Positions 51,184 to 60,804 of a stretch of DNA of 64,000 nucleotides are shown piece by piece. Position numbers and translations under genes: made by a program. How positions within the stretch are numbered: position 1 is the first letter of the stretch; the number at the start of each line of letters is the position of its first letter. A model generated the notes under the pieces. The model saw nothing but the letters and a program-made list of their open reading frames with translations. It ran no database searches and had not been told where the DNA came from. The stretch is from Verrucomicrobiia bacterium. Its GTDB lineage: Bacteria > Verrucomicrobiota > Verrucomicrobiia > Limisphaerales > UBA1319. The DNA lies in assembly GCA_963664225.1 (NCBI GenBank), contig OY760937.1, positions 4,192,001-4,256,000 on the forward strand, given 5' to 3'.

Positions 51184-52713
51184 TCAAGGCGTCGCTGCCA
51201 TGACCCGATCACGGTCGATGCCATAGCGCTGCATCACACGCCGGGTCGCCGCCTCCATTTCACCGGCGTCGAGCACGAGTCTGTGAACGGCTTCGCCGGG
51301 AGCGAATTCGACTTCGTGGAAGCCGTTGATCGGTTTGGTCAGGGCATCGGCCAGTTGGCGCAAATTGCTGATGGGCTGGCCATTGACTTTGTCGAGCACC
51401 ATGAACCGGTAATCCTGATAGCCCATGTTGTAGGCATCGGGCAGAACGATGGACAGGAGCACCCGGCTGGGATAGGTGGCGCTGGGCTTGTCCTGGTCAT
51501 AATAGGTCAGACGGAACGGGGCTTTGCGCCGCCATTCCGCTCCCCAGTTATGCAAGTAGGGTCCGGTCAAGGGCTGGAACGTCAGTCCTCCCGCCATGAG
51601 GTATTCCGGGGCCTGATCGAAGACCTGCTCGGCAATCAATTCCCGCGAATAATTGACCTTGGGCAGGGGATAGGTGATGTCTTTGTATTGACCGTTGCGC
51701 CAGACCTTGAGTGACAAATTATCACCCGCCCATTTGTTCCGCGTGGACAGGTTTTCCAGCGATAAGTGGCCATAGGCGGGATCGCTGTAGTCTCCATCGG
51801 TATCGATGGGGAAGTCCCCGATTTGAACCAGGACATCGTGGGTTTGAAGCAGCGCGTTTGTGCCGTCAATGCCCACGAATTCGTTCAGGATCACCCCCTT
51901 GGGTTCGCCCGGGAGTTTCAGGTAATTCAGGGTGGCGGGATTCTCGGCTTTTTGCCACACGAAATCGAAAAAGCCCAGGCCCGCGTAGTTTCCTTTTCCT
52001 TTTTGCGCGCCATCGACGATGAACCGGATGAAAGGGGCGGGGATGACCTGCGTGGTCTTGGAATCCTGAGAGCAGGTCAGACCGTGGAGCATGCCCTCGC
52101 CGATCACCGCCTCGGACCAGCCGGCGCCGTCGATCTCGGAGTCGAGCGAGGCCTGGAAATACTCCAGAAAGCTCAGTTTGGAGCGTTGGACGGAGAGACG
52201 GCTGATTTCTGCCTTGCGGATTTCGCGGTTGCCATTGCGCCAGCGCACCACTTGAACGCTGCCTTCTGCGGGGAACCGGTCCGAAAGCAGGGCGGGCTTC
52301 AAACCATTCCAGAATCCGGCATCCTCGGTCGTGATCAAGGCAAGGTTGGCGTGGTAATCGATCCATTGCAAACGCGCGGTGACCCACAATCCGCGACCCC
52401 CTTTTTGCAGGCGGATGAGCGTCGCATCGTTCAGATATTCGGCCGTGGTGAGAATTTGCCGGGGCGCGATGACCACACCGCTTTTCTCGTTGTTTTCCGT
52501 GCGCACAGCCCACGGCTGAAAATAATCGTATTGCTTGTGAGAAACGTCGATCGTCACCAGCGAGTTTTCCCAAAACGAGGCCGCTCCCGGTCCTGCCGCG
52601 CGGGCCGCGGTGGTATCGGCGCCTGAAACGCCATTTGCGACCAGGCAGAACGTCAGCAGACAAACCGTTCGAAGCGAAGCGGCGGTTTGAATTAAGGTGT
52701 GATGGGCTTTCAT
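51184..52713 (-). CDS. Deg/HtrA-like PDZ protein, probably catalytically inactive
   Basis: Same layout as its neighbour but TTAEY/ANLA/GWSEA replace TNAHV/CDL/GNSGG; ATGA overlap. Confidence 0.75.
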   Translation of the reverse strand: MKAHHTLIQTAASLRTVCLLTFCLVANGVSGADTTAARAAGPGAASFWENSLVTIDVSHKQYDYFQPWAVRTENNEKSGVVIAPRQILTTAEYLNDATLIRLQKGGRGLWVTARLQWIDYHANLALITTEDAGFWNGLKPALLSDRFPAEGSVQVVRWRNGNREIRKAEISRLSVQRSKLSFLEYFQASLDSEIDGAGWSEAVIGEGMLHGLTCSQDSKTTQVIPAPFIRFIVDGAQKGKGNYAGLGFFDFVWQKAENPATLNYLKLPGEPKGVILNEFVGIDGTNALLQTHDVLVQIGDFPIDTDGDYSDPAYGHLSLENLSTRNKWAGDNLSLKVWRNGQYKDITYPLPKVNYSRELIAEQVFDQAPEYLMAGGLTFQPLTGPYLHNWGAEWRRKAPFRLTYYDQDKPSATYPSRVLLSIVLPDAYNMGYQDYRFMVLDKVNGQPISNLRQLADALTKPINGFHEVEFAPGEAVHRLVLDAGEMEAATRRVMQRYGIDRDRVMAATP

Positions 52714-54158
52714 AGTCTGCGGTCCTTGGCAATGCCGTAGGTTTTCAAAATGGACTCGTTGGCCTCTTTGGACTCGGCCCGGTTCAGGCATTCCAGGAGG
52801 CGGAAGGAAACAAACTCGATCACGTCCTGGGCGCCGTTGTCTTTTTCAAACGCGGCAATGACGTCTTCGAGCTTGTTGATGCGCACGCCGTTGATCTTAT
52901 CCACCAGGGCGTGTCCGCGCAGTTCGAGGTTGGCGTTCACAGGATCGGCCAGCACCGCCGCCAGAACGACCGGTTCTGTGCGCGCTGTATCAGGAAACTC
53001 CTGTTTGCGATAATAAAGCTCGTAAATGAGTTCGCTGCCGCTGCCCTCGGGGAAATTTGGGGCGGAGGCGCGCAGATAATCCCGGCTGAGCGGCGTGAAA
53101 ACCAGCCCCGCATGCACATAATAGCGGGGCAGTTCATACAAATTGCCTTCGGCCCGATCATCCGTGGGGACTTTGGCGGTCAGGTTGACGGTCTGAGCGG
53201 CTCCCGCGCGCCAGATTTTCAAAGGCACACTTTCACCCGCCTGCACCTCGCTGAAGGCGCCCGCGACATGAATACGATTGCCTTGATACATGATCGATCC
53301 ATCACTGCCCACGGCATACGGGCCCACTTGCATGAGGACATCGTCTTCCTGCAAAACATCCTTCGCGGGTGAGAACGGGGTGATCTTATCGATGCGCGCG
53401 CCCACGTTATCGTCGGGGATCTTCAGATATTTGCGAAAGGCCGGATTTTGCAGCGGCGACACGCGAACGCCCGCCATCGGGAATCCTTCGTAACGGCCAT
53501 TTTCAATGTCCTTGAGAAAGTGCTGGATCACAGGCGGAGGGATGAAAAAACCGGTGTTCTCCAGGCCGGACATGCCTTGAAAAGATACGCCCGCCACTTT
53601 GTCATCCTGAATCACGGGACCGCCACTGTTGCCCGGGTTGATGGCAGCGTCGGTCTGGACGGCCAGAAAGTTTCGGTTCCCAATATGCACGTAGGTTTGC
53701 AGCTCGATGCGGGAAACCACACCGCGCGTATAGGAGATTTGTTCGCCGCCTGCGGGGTAACCATACGTGACTACCGCAGAACGCACTTTGGCCAGTTCGC
53801 CAATATCCAAAGGCTCGAGTCCGTCAAAAAAAGTTTCGTCCTCGACTTCGAGAATAGACAGGTCGCAGTCATGTCCGATGAACGCCACGCGCGCCAGGTA
53901 GGGCCGGGGATCCTGATATTTATGCACCAGGACTTGTTTGGCCCAACTGACGACGTGGGCGTTGGTCATGATGCGTTTGCCGCGAATCACAAAGCCCGAT
54001 CCGGAGGCTTTGCGCACCGGCTCGAACCGCCACGGGGCGTCCCAGACCGGTTGCTGGCTGAAGGTGGTGATGCGGATGACCGATTTCTCAGGCTCGGCAG
54101 CCGGACTGGCGGCGGCGATGGCCAGCAGGAATAAAATGGAGGCGATGAATGGTCTCAC
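52710..54158 (-). CDS. Deg/HtrA trypsin-like serine protease with PDZ domains
   Basis: TNAHVV, DCDLS, DAAINPGNSGGP; signal peptide. Confidence 0.92.
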   Translation of the reverse strand: MRPFIASILFLLAIAAASPAAEPEKSVIRITTFSQQPVWDAPWRFEPVRKASGSGFVIRGKRIMTNAHVVSWAKQVLVHKYQDPRPYLARVAFIGHDCDLSILEVEDETFFDGLEPLDIGELAKVRSAVVTYGYPAGGEQISYTRGVVSRIELQTYVHIGNRNFLAVQTDAAINPGNSGGPVIQDDKVAGVSFQGMSGLENTGFFIPPPVIQHFLKDIENGRYEGFPMAGVRVSPLQNPAFRKYLKIPDDNVGARIDKITPFSPAKDVLQEDDVLMQVGPYAVGSDGSIMYQGNRIHVAGAFSEVQAGESVPLKIWRAGAAQTVNLTAKVPTDDRAEGNLYELPRYYVHAGLVFTPLSRDYLRASAPNFPEGSGSELIYELYYRKQEFPDTARTEPVVLAAVLADPVNANLELRGHALVDKINGVRINKLEDVIAAFEKDNGAQDVIEFVSFRLLECLNRAESKEANESILKTYGIAKDRRL

Positions 54159-54367
54159 AAAGCAAAAATGGTAATACGGGCCGTTCGCGTCAAGTCTCGA
54201 TATGATCGGTAAATCCCAAAAATCCGCAGATGGGAATCAAGCCGCGAGTGAATAGGCCCTAGCGCAATAATGCTCAGAAGGCTGGTCGAACAGGGCAGGG
54301 GGATGAAAGCCATAGGCTGTTGACCACGTTTTGCACGCCTTGGCGTGGATTTATTGCGATTCCAGTG

Positions 54368-54547
54368 AAAAAAAAGAAGGCCGGGGATAAATCCGGCCTT
54401 CTTACGGAAATAAAGTAATGAGAACTTACTTTAACACATTGATAACCGCTAAGTTATCTAAAATCGTCTATCAGTGCGGGTGCTGCAGACAGACACCCAA
54501 AAACACACGGTAAAACAAACTCTGCATAACTGCACCGATCAGTTATG
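54368..54547 (-). ncRNA. Candidate structured small RNA, copy 2
   Basis: Reverse complement of copy 1 with the same hairpins and a U-tailed terminator. Confidence 0.7.
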
Positions 54548-54552
54548 GGATC

Positions 54553-54598
54553 AGGATACCCGAATTCTGAGTCCCCACCAGTCACCAGTACTGGTGAC
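54553..54598 (-). promoter_or_regulatory. Operator plus -10 box, copy 2
   Basis: Palindrome at 54581-54598, 22 nt spacer, TATCCT (54558-54553). Confidence 0.7.
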
Positions 54599-54629
54599 AC
54601 GCCGTCCCCAGTGTAACCATCCTGGTAAT

Positions 54630-55256
54630 TTACTGCTTCAGGAACTTGGCGACGGCTTCGGTGCGGGTGCGGACCTGCAGTTTCTCGTAAATGCGGCGGA
54701 TGTAGGTGTGAACGGTTTCGTAGCTGATGCCGAGTTTCTCGGCGATTTCCTTGTAGAGAAAACCCTTCGCCAGGCAGTCCAGGACTTCCTGTTCGCGCGT
54801 GGACAGGTTCTCGGAGGGCTGCGGCGAGGAGCCGATTCGCTGGAAGGATTGCACGACCTTGCGGGCGATGTGTGTGGTCATGGGGGATCCGCCTTTTTGA
54901 ACTTCCTTGATTCCCGCAAGCAATTCCGGGGTTGTCGTTCGCTTGAGCAGATAGCCCGAGGCCCCGGCGGTCAGGGCGTTGAAGATGTTCTCGGTATCTT
55001 CATACACGGTGAGCATGAGGATCTGGATTTGCGGGGCCACCTGTTTCAACTTCTTCACGCATTCCACGCCGTTCATGCCCGGGAGGTTGATGTCCATGAG
55101 GACGACATCGGGTTTCACACGCGGCAGCTCATCGAGCGCGGCCTCGGCATTGGCATACTGGTGGGTGCATTGGAAGCCCTCGGAGCGATCGATCACCTTG
55201 GCGAGGGTGGTGCGCACCAGATTGCTATCTTCCACAATGGCAACTTGAATTGGCAT
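54630..55256 (-). CDS. NarL/LuxR-family DNA-binding response regulator
   Basis: REC (VED, DVVLMDINLPGMNG, GYLLK) plus LuxR HTH LSTREQEVL...YKEIAEKLGIS. Confidence 0.95.
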   Translation of the reverse strand: MPIQVAIVEDSNLVRTTLAKVIDRSEGFQCTHQYANAEAALDELPRVKPDVVLMDINLPGMNGVECVKKLKQVAPQIQILMLTVYEDTENIFNALTAGASGYLLKRTTTPELLAGIKEVQKGGSPMTTHIARKVVQSFQRIGSSPQPSENLSTREQEVLDCLAKGFLYKEIAEKLGISYETVHTYIRRIYEKLQVRTRTEAVAKFLKQ

Positions 55257-55391
55257 TTCCTATCGACAACCCTGACAGAAAAAAAGACCCCGTGCCAGCC
55301 CAATCGTTCAGCCGTGCGCACGACAAAAATCTTTTGATGCCCACCGCCCTCCGCTCTTTGCCCTCTGCCTTTTTCAATCTTCCGTGCGTAC

Positions 55392-55572
55392 AAAAAAAAA
55401 GAAGGCCGGGGATAAATCCGGCCTTTTTACGGAAATAAAGTAATGAGAACTTACTTTAACACATCGATAACCACCAAGTTATCTAAAATCGTCGATCAGT
55501 GCGGGTGCTGCAGACATACACCCTAAAATCACACGGTAAACAAACTCTGCATAACTGCACCGATCAGTTATG
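55392..55572 (-). ncRNA. Candidate structured small RNA, copy 3
   Basis: Third copy with stems preserved and P3 loop changed. Confidence 0.7.
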
Positions 55573-55577
55573 GGATC

Positions 55578-55623
55578 AAGATAGCGGTTTCTGGATTCCC
55601 CACCAGTCACCAGTACTGGTGAC
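55578..55623 (-). promoter_or_regulatory. Operator plus -10 box, copy 3
   Basis: Palindrome at 55606-55623, 22 nt diverged spacer, TATCTT (55583-55578). Confidence 0.7.
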
Positions 55624-55731
55624 ACGGTGTGCCCGGTGTCCCCAATGCCTGCAATGACCCGTCGAAAATAAATGTCCCGGGCGTTGGTTTTGGGCTTGAG
55701 TAAATCCGTTCGGGCCGTCACAACGTTTCTT

Positions 55732-57138
55732 ATGAACCGTCGAAAGTTTTTACAGCGCACCGCGCTTGCCGCAGGCGGATTGTCCGTTCTGCCGGAATTT
55801 TACATCTCAAACCTTCACGCCGCAGACAAAGGGAAGCTGAACATCGTTCAGATCGGCTGCGGTGGACGCGCCATGACCCATCTGGATGCCACAGTGGACG
55901 AAAACCTGGTGGCCATTGTGGATGTCTCGGAAAAGCGTTTTCCGGTGATCCAGAAATGGCTGACCAATAAGAACAAGGACGCCGCAAAGCTGCAGACGTT
56001 CACGGACTACCGGCGGATGTTCGACAAGATGGGCAAGAATGTCGATGCGGTGTTCATTGCCACGCCCAATCATCATCACGCGCTGCCCGCCATGACGGCC
56101 ATGCAGCTGAACAAGGCCGTTTATTGCGAGAAGCCGGTCTGCCACGATATTGGCGAGGCGCGGCAACTGCGTGAGATGGCCACCCATTCCAAGGCGGCCA
56201 CGCAGATGGGCAACCAGGGGCATTGCGACGAGGGTTACCGCCGGTTGTGCGAATACATCTGGTCCGGCGCCATCGGCGCGGTCACGGAAACCCATAGCTG
56301 GACCAATCGCGCCAACGGCGGCGTGGGACCGCGTCCCCCCGTGGAACCAGTGCCCGAGGGAATGCATTGGGACGAATACATTGGGCCCGCTCCCTATCGT
56401 GATTTCCATTCCGACATTCATCCCCACGAATGGCACGGCTGGTATGATTTCGGGAATGGATCCATCGGCAACATGGGTTGCCATGTCCTGGACGGCGTCT
56501 TTTGGGCGCTGAAAATCGAGCATCCCACCTCCATTGTGGCCGAGGCCATCCGCGGCGGCAGCAACGAACGCTACCCCACCGGCAGCCGCATCCGCTGGGA
56601 TGTTCCCGCCCGTGAAGGCATGCCTGCGTTGAAAGTGTTTTGGTACGAGGGCTTGAACCAGACGACCAAGGCCGAACCGTCCGGCGCATTGCGCATTGCC
56701 GTGGGCGAGGCCCGGAATCTGCCTCCGCTGTTGGGCGAGCTGCGAAAGAAGTATCCCGATGAAGAGATCGACAGCGCGGACAGCGGCACTCTTTACGTGG
56801 GCGAAAAAGGCACGATCTATACCGAGACCTATGGCGGCTACATGCACATCGTTCCCTGGGAAAAGATGAAGGCCACACCCGCGCCGGAAAAGACCCTGCC
56901 ACGCTTCAAAGGCGGCATTTTCCGGAATTTCCTGGAGGCCTGCCGCACGGGCAGCAGGGATACGGCCGTGCCCTTCGAATATGGCACGCGGCTGACCGAG
57001 TTCGCCGTTCTGGGCAACCTGGCCCAACACGCTGGCGAAGGCAACAAGGTGGAATGGGATGGCCCGAACATGAAGGTCAAAAACATTCCCGAGCTCAACG
57101 CCTGGATCAAGCGCGAGCCGCGCAAAGGCTGGGCGTGA
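55732..57138 (+). CDS. Tat-exported Gfo/Idh/MocA oxidoreductase
   Basis: NRRKFL Tat motif; IGCGGR; ATPNHHH; YCEKP. Confidence 0.92.
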   Translation: MNRRKFLQRTALAAGGLSVLPEFYISNLHAADKGKLNIVQIGCGGRAMTHLDATVDENLVAIVDVSEKRFPVIQKWLTNKNKDAAKLQTFTDYRRMFDKMGKNVDAVFIATPNHHHALPAMTAMQLNKAVYCEKPVCHDIGEARQLREMATHSKAATQMGNQGHCDEGYRRLCEYIWSGAIGAVTETHSWTNRANGGVGPRPPVEPVPEGMHWDEYIGPAPYRDFHSDIHPHEWHGWYDFGNGSIGNMGCHVLDGVFWALKIEHPTSIVAEAIRGGSNERYPTGSRIRWDVPAREGMPALKVFWYEGLNQTTKAEPSGALRIAVGEARNLPPLLGELRKKYPDEEIDSADSGTLYVGEKGTIYTETYGGYMHIVPWEKMKATPAPEKTLPRFKGGIFRNFLEACRTGSRDTAVPFEYGTRLTEFAVLGNLAQHAGEGNKVEWDGPNMKVKNIPELNAWIKREPRKGWA

Positions 57139-58408
57139 GGAAGAGCGGACGGTCCTTGCGCTTCGGATAAATTGAAGAAGAGGCGCGAGCGCGAGTTGGG
57201 AGTGGCGGCTATTTTCGAAGGGAGGGGACAATTTGTCCCCTTCTTGGAATTTGATTTCGATGAAGCGGGGGGCGGCAGAAATTTCAATGCCGAAGTACAG
57301 CATTGGCTTTATCCGACTCATTTATCCCTTCTCCACCCGCAACAAACTCACATGCGAATGGGAAATTTGTTAGTAATTAAACAGATTGGAACAGTTAACG
57401 TTAATCCATGATCACCGAAATCCATCTCCAGAATTTCCGCGGATTCAAGGACCACGTTGTTCCTCTCAAGCCTTTTACGGTGATTGTCGGGCGTAACAAC
57501 GCTGGAAAATCGACTATCACTGAGGCGCTCCGTTTAATTTCTATTGTCGTAAGTCGTTTCAAAGGAGATTTGACGAGCCTTCCTCGAAAGTGGGAATTTC
57601 CTCGGAATAGGCGCAGCATAAATCAATTTAAGAATCTGGAGATCAATTTACAGAGTGTTTTTCATAACTACAGCGACCCTCCTGCAATTGTCCGAGCCAA
57701 GTTTGCATCTGGCGAAATCATTGAGGTGGCGATTACGAACGATGGGATTATTGCGCGCAGGACTCGAGTGAATAGCGTGCGGGAGGATTGTTGTCCTAGA
57801 TTGTCGAGAGTAAGTATTTTGCCGCAAGTCGGACCCGTTGCAAGGGAAGAACGGTTGCTCACTGAAGACTATGTGCGTGGAGCGTTATCATCAACCTTGG
57901 CGCCGATGCACTTTCGGAATCAACTTTACCTGCTAAAAGAGCAGTTTCAGACTTTTAAAGACTCAGCTGAGCAGACTTGGCCTGGACTGCGAATCCGTGA
58001 CTTGGAAACGATCGAACAGCTTCCTGACCCCACTCTGCTGTCCTTATTAGTAGAAGATCAACACTTTACGGCCGAGATCGCATGGATGGGACACGGACTT
58101 CAGATGTGGCTTCAGATGATTTGGTTTCTGAGTCGCGCAATTGACCATGAAACGGTGATTCTTGACGAACCAGATGTATACATGCACGCAGATTTGCAGC
58201 GGCGATTTGTGCGGTTTGTGCGCAGCCGTCACCAGCAAGTAATCATTGCAACGCATTCATCGGAAATAATGGCCGAGGTTCTTCCTGATGATATTCTTGT
58301 TGTTGATCGCGCCAGGGAGAAATCCGACTTCGCATCTTCACTGCCAGCTGTTCAAAAGTATCCGTCAGGCGAAGTGGCTATAGGCAATGGCCGGGCTGAA
58401 GTGGTTAA

Positions 58409-58756
58409 ATGGGGGGCGTGAAGCACCGAACTGCATCCTCAAATCGATTTCCGCAAACCACATGTGAACAACGTGCCCAATGGATCCTTCGCTATCACCA
58501 GAGTGGATTGACGCGGCGCGCCTTTGCTTCTGAGTATGGCATCGGATTGTCCACATTGGGGAGGTGGCTCAGAGACCCGGTGCCCACCGCCGTGGAACCA
58601 CCCGCACTGCCACGCCTGCAGGAAGTCCCTCTGGCTTCCCTGCTGGGAAATTCGCCTTGGGCTGCGGAAATCACCTTTGCCGACGGGACCGCGGTGCGCC
58701 TGACTGGGGACCTGGCCGACCGACTTTTGCAACCCTGGCTTGGGGCGCGTTCATGA
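58409..58756 (+). CDS. tnpA: IS66 accessory protein TnpA (HTH)
   Basis: YHQSGLTRRAFASEYGIGLSTLGRW; first IS66 ORF; start uncertain. Confidence 0.8.
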   Translation: MGGVKHRTASSNRFPQTTCEQRAQWILRYHQSGLTRRAFASEYGIGLSTLGRWLRDPVPTAVEPPALPRLQEVPLASLLGNSPWAAEITFADGTAVRLTGDLADRLLQPWLGARS

Positions 58757-59088
58757 TCACGCCCACTGCCGCCACACGTATCTTCGTTGCCCTGGCTCCG
58801 ATGGACTTGCGCCAGTCCTTTAACGGGCTGTGTGCCTGGGTCCAGGAGTCCTTGCGTCAGGATCCTCTCTCGGGCCATCTTTTTTTGTTCACCAACAAAC
58901 ACCGGAACCGTCTCAAGGCCCTTTACTGGGACGGCAGCGGACTTTGGGTCAGCACAAAACGTTTGGAGCGGGGTCGATTTACCTGGCCACAAGGGGAGGG
59001 ATTGCAGGCAAACTTGCGCGCCGAGGAACTCAGCGCGTTAGTCAACGGATTGGAGATCCGCGCACGCAAAGACTGGCGGCGAAACTGA
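58753..59088 (+). CDS. tnpB: IS66 accessory protein TnpB
   Basis: DLRQSFNGL, LFLFTNK, LYWDGSGLW, KRLERGRFTWP. Confidence 0.92.
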   Translation: MITPTAATRIFVALAPMDLRQSFNGLCAWVQESLRQDPLSGHLFLFTNKHRNRLKALYWDGSGLWVSTKRLERGRFTWPQGEGLQANLRAEELSALVNGLEIRARKDWRRN

Positions 59089-59154
59089 AAGATTCTTAAA
59101 ATAAATTGCGTATAACTATTGACATAATAATTTATATTGTTATGAGTAATAACA

Positions 59155-60804
59155 ATGAATCCAGCACCGTCACTGACTCCCGAACTTCTGGCTCAGATGC
59201 CCGAGTCCTTCCGCGGTGTCGTCCTCCAGGCCGTTGGTCAGCTCGAAAGTCAGGTGCAGTCTCTGTCCAGCGAGAACAAGCTCCTGCGCCAGAAAATCGA
59301 TGCCCTGATCCGCCAGTATTTTGGTTCACCCAAAAACGAGACCCTCGATCCCAACCAACTGCTTCTGCTCTTGAGCGGACTGGCAGGAACCTCCGCCCCG
59401 GTTGCGGCCACCCCGGTCCAATCCGCCCCGGCTTCCAAAGCCACGACAAATCGCAAACCGGCCCGTTCGGGGATTCCGGAGAATCTGCCCATTGAAAAGG
59501 TGGTGCTGCTGCCCGACGAGGTGAAAGCCAACCCGGACCAGTTCCGCCAGATTGACCAGCTGATCACACGGGAATTGGACTATGAGCCGGGCCGGTTTTT
59601 CTGGAGGGAAATTACGCGGCCAAAGTTTGTGCGTCGGACTGCGGCGGCCCCGGCCCCCGAAATTTCGCTCACGACACCGGAAGGCAAGCTGCCGCCGCTG
59701 GCGTTGGCCCTGGCAATGACCTCGTTGCCCGAGGTCAGGGAGGTTCTGATCGCGGAGCTGCCCAACCGGCTGATCGAAAAAGGACTGCCGGGAGTGGGCT
59801 TGCTGGTCCACTTGATTTTGAGCCGCTTTGAAGATCATCTGCCCTTTTACCGGCTGGAAAAGATCTTCCGGGAACGACACAGGGTGCCCATCGCCCGGCA
59901 GACAATGGTCGATTGGACCGAACGCCTGGCCGATTGGTTCCTGCCGGTCTATCGCGAGATGGCCGCTGGACTGCGCGCCGCCAAATATCTTCAAGCCGAC
60001 GAGACCCCCATTCAATATCTGGACCGGGAAGTGCCCGGGCGCAGTTGCACGGGATACTTCTGGGTGTATGGCCAGCCAGGCGGAGATGTGATTTTCGAGT
60101 GGAAGACCAGCCGGGGCCGGGAAGGACCCAAGGCGTTTCTGGAGACTTTCAAGGGCAAGCTCCAATGCGATGGCTATGGCGTCTATCAATCTTTGGCTAG
60201 GGAACGGGAGGATTGGACCCTGATCGGTTGCTGGGCCCATTGCCGGCGATATTTCCATAAGGCCAAGGATCATGACCGGCACGCGGCCTGGTTTTTGAAG
60301 CAAATCAGCCTGCTCTATGAGATTGAACGACGTCTGAGCCAGCAGAAGGCCGGGCCCAACCTGCGGGAAGCCGTGCGGGCTGCGGAGGCCAAGCCCGTGC
60401 TCGCGCGCATTGGAAGGGCGCTGGAGAAAATCGAGCCCAAGATTTTGCCCCAAAGCCTTCTGGGCAAGGCCATCCATTATGCCAGGGGTTTGTGGACAGA
60501 GTTGAATCAATATGCCCAGTTCGGGGAGGTGGCGATTGATAATAATCCGATCGAGAACATAATTCGGCCCACGGCCATTGGGAAAAAGAACTTCCTGTTC
60601 ATTGGCCATCCCGAGGCGGGCTGGCGAAGCGCCGTGATCTACTCGATCCTGGGCAGTTGTCATCGCCATAAAATCAATCCGGCCCTCTATTTGCGTGATG
60701 TGCTCAGCCGCCTCCCCAACATGCAGCAAAGTGAGGTGCCAACCATTACCCCAAAAGCCTGGGCCAAGGCACATCCCGAAGCGCTCGCACAGTTGCCCAA
60801 GTAA
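59155..60804 (+). CDS. tnpC: IS66 DDE transposase TnpC
   Basis: HLPFYR, ADETP, LQCDGY, CWAHCRR, IDNNPIENIIRP. Confidence 0.95.
   Translation: MNPAPSLTPELLAQMPESFRGVVLQAVGQLESQVQSLSSENKLLRQKIDALIRQYFGSPKNETLDPNQLLLLLSGLAGTSAPVAATPVQSAPASKATTNRKPARSGIPENLPIEKVVLLPDEVKANPDQFRQIDQLITRELDYEPGRFFWREITRPKFVRRTAAAPAPEISLTTPEGKLPPLALALAMTSLPEVREVLIAELPNRLIEKGLPGVGLLVHLILSRFEDHLPFYRLEKIFRERHRVPIARQTMVDWTERLADWFLPVYREMAAGLRAAKYLQADETPIQYLDREVPGRSCTGYFWVYGQPGGDVIFEWKTSRGREGPKAFLETFKGKLQCDGYGVYQSLAREREDWTLIGCWAHCRRYFHKAKDHDRHAAWFLKQISLLYEIERRLSQQKAGPNLREAVRAAEAKPVLARIGRALEKIEPKILPQSLLGKAIHYARGLWTELNQYAQFGEVAIDNNPIENIIRPTAIGKKNFLFIGHPEAGWRSAVIYSILGSCHRHKINPALYLRDVLSRLPNMQQSEVPTITPKAWAKAHPEALAQLPK

Noticed and set aside
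54368..55623. Copies 2 and 3 as direct-repeat ends of a composite mobile element or MITEs
   Set aside because: No terminal inverted repeats, target duplication or transposase; promoter spacing and covariation fit a transcribed RNA better, though this is not fully excluded
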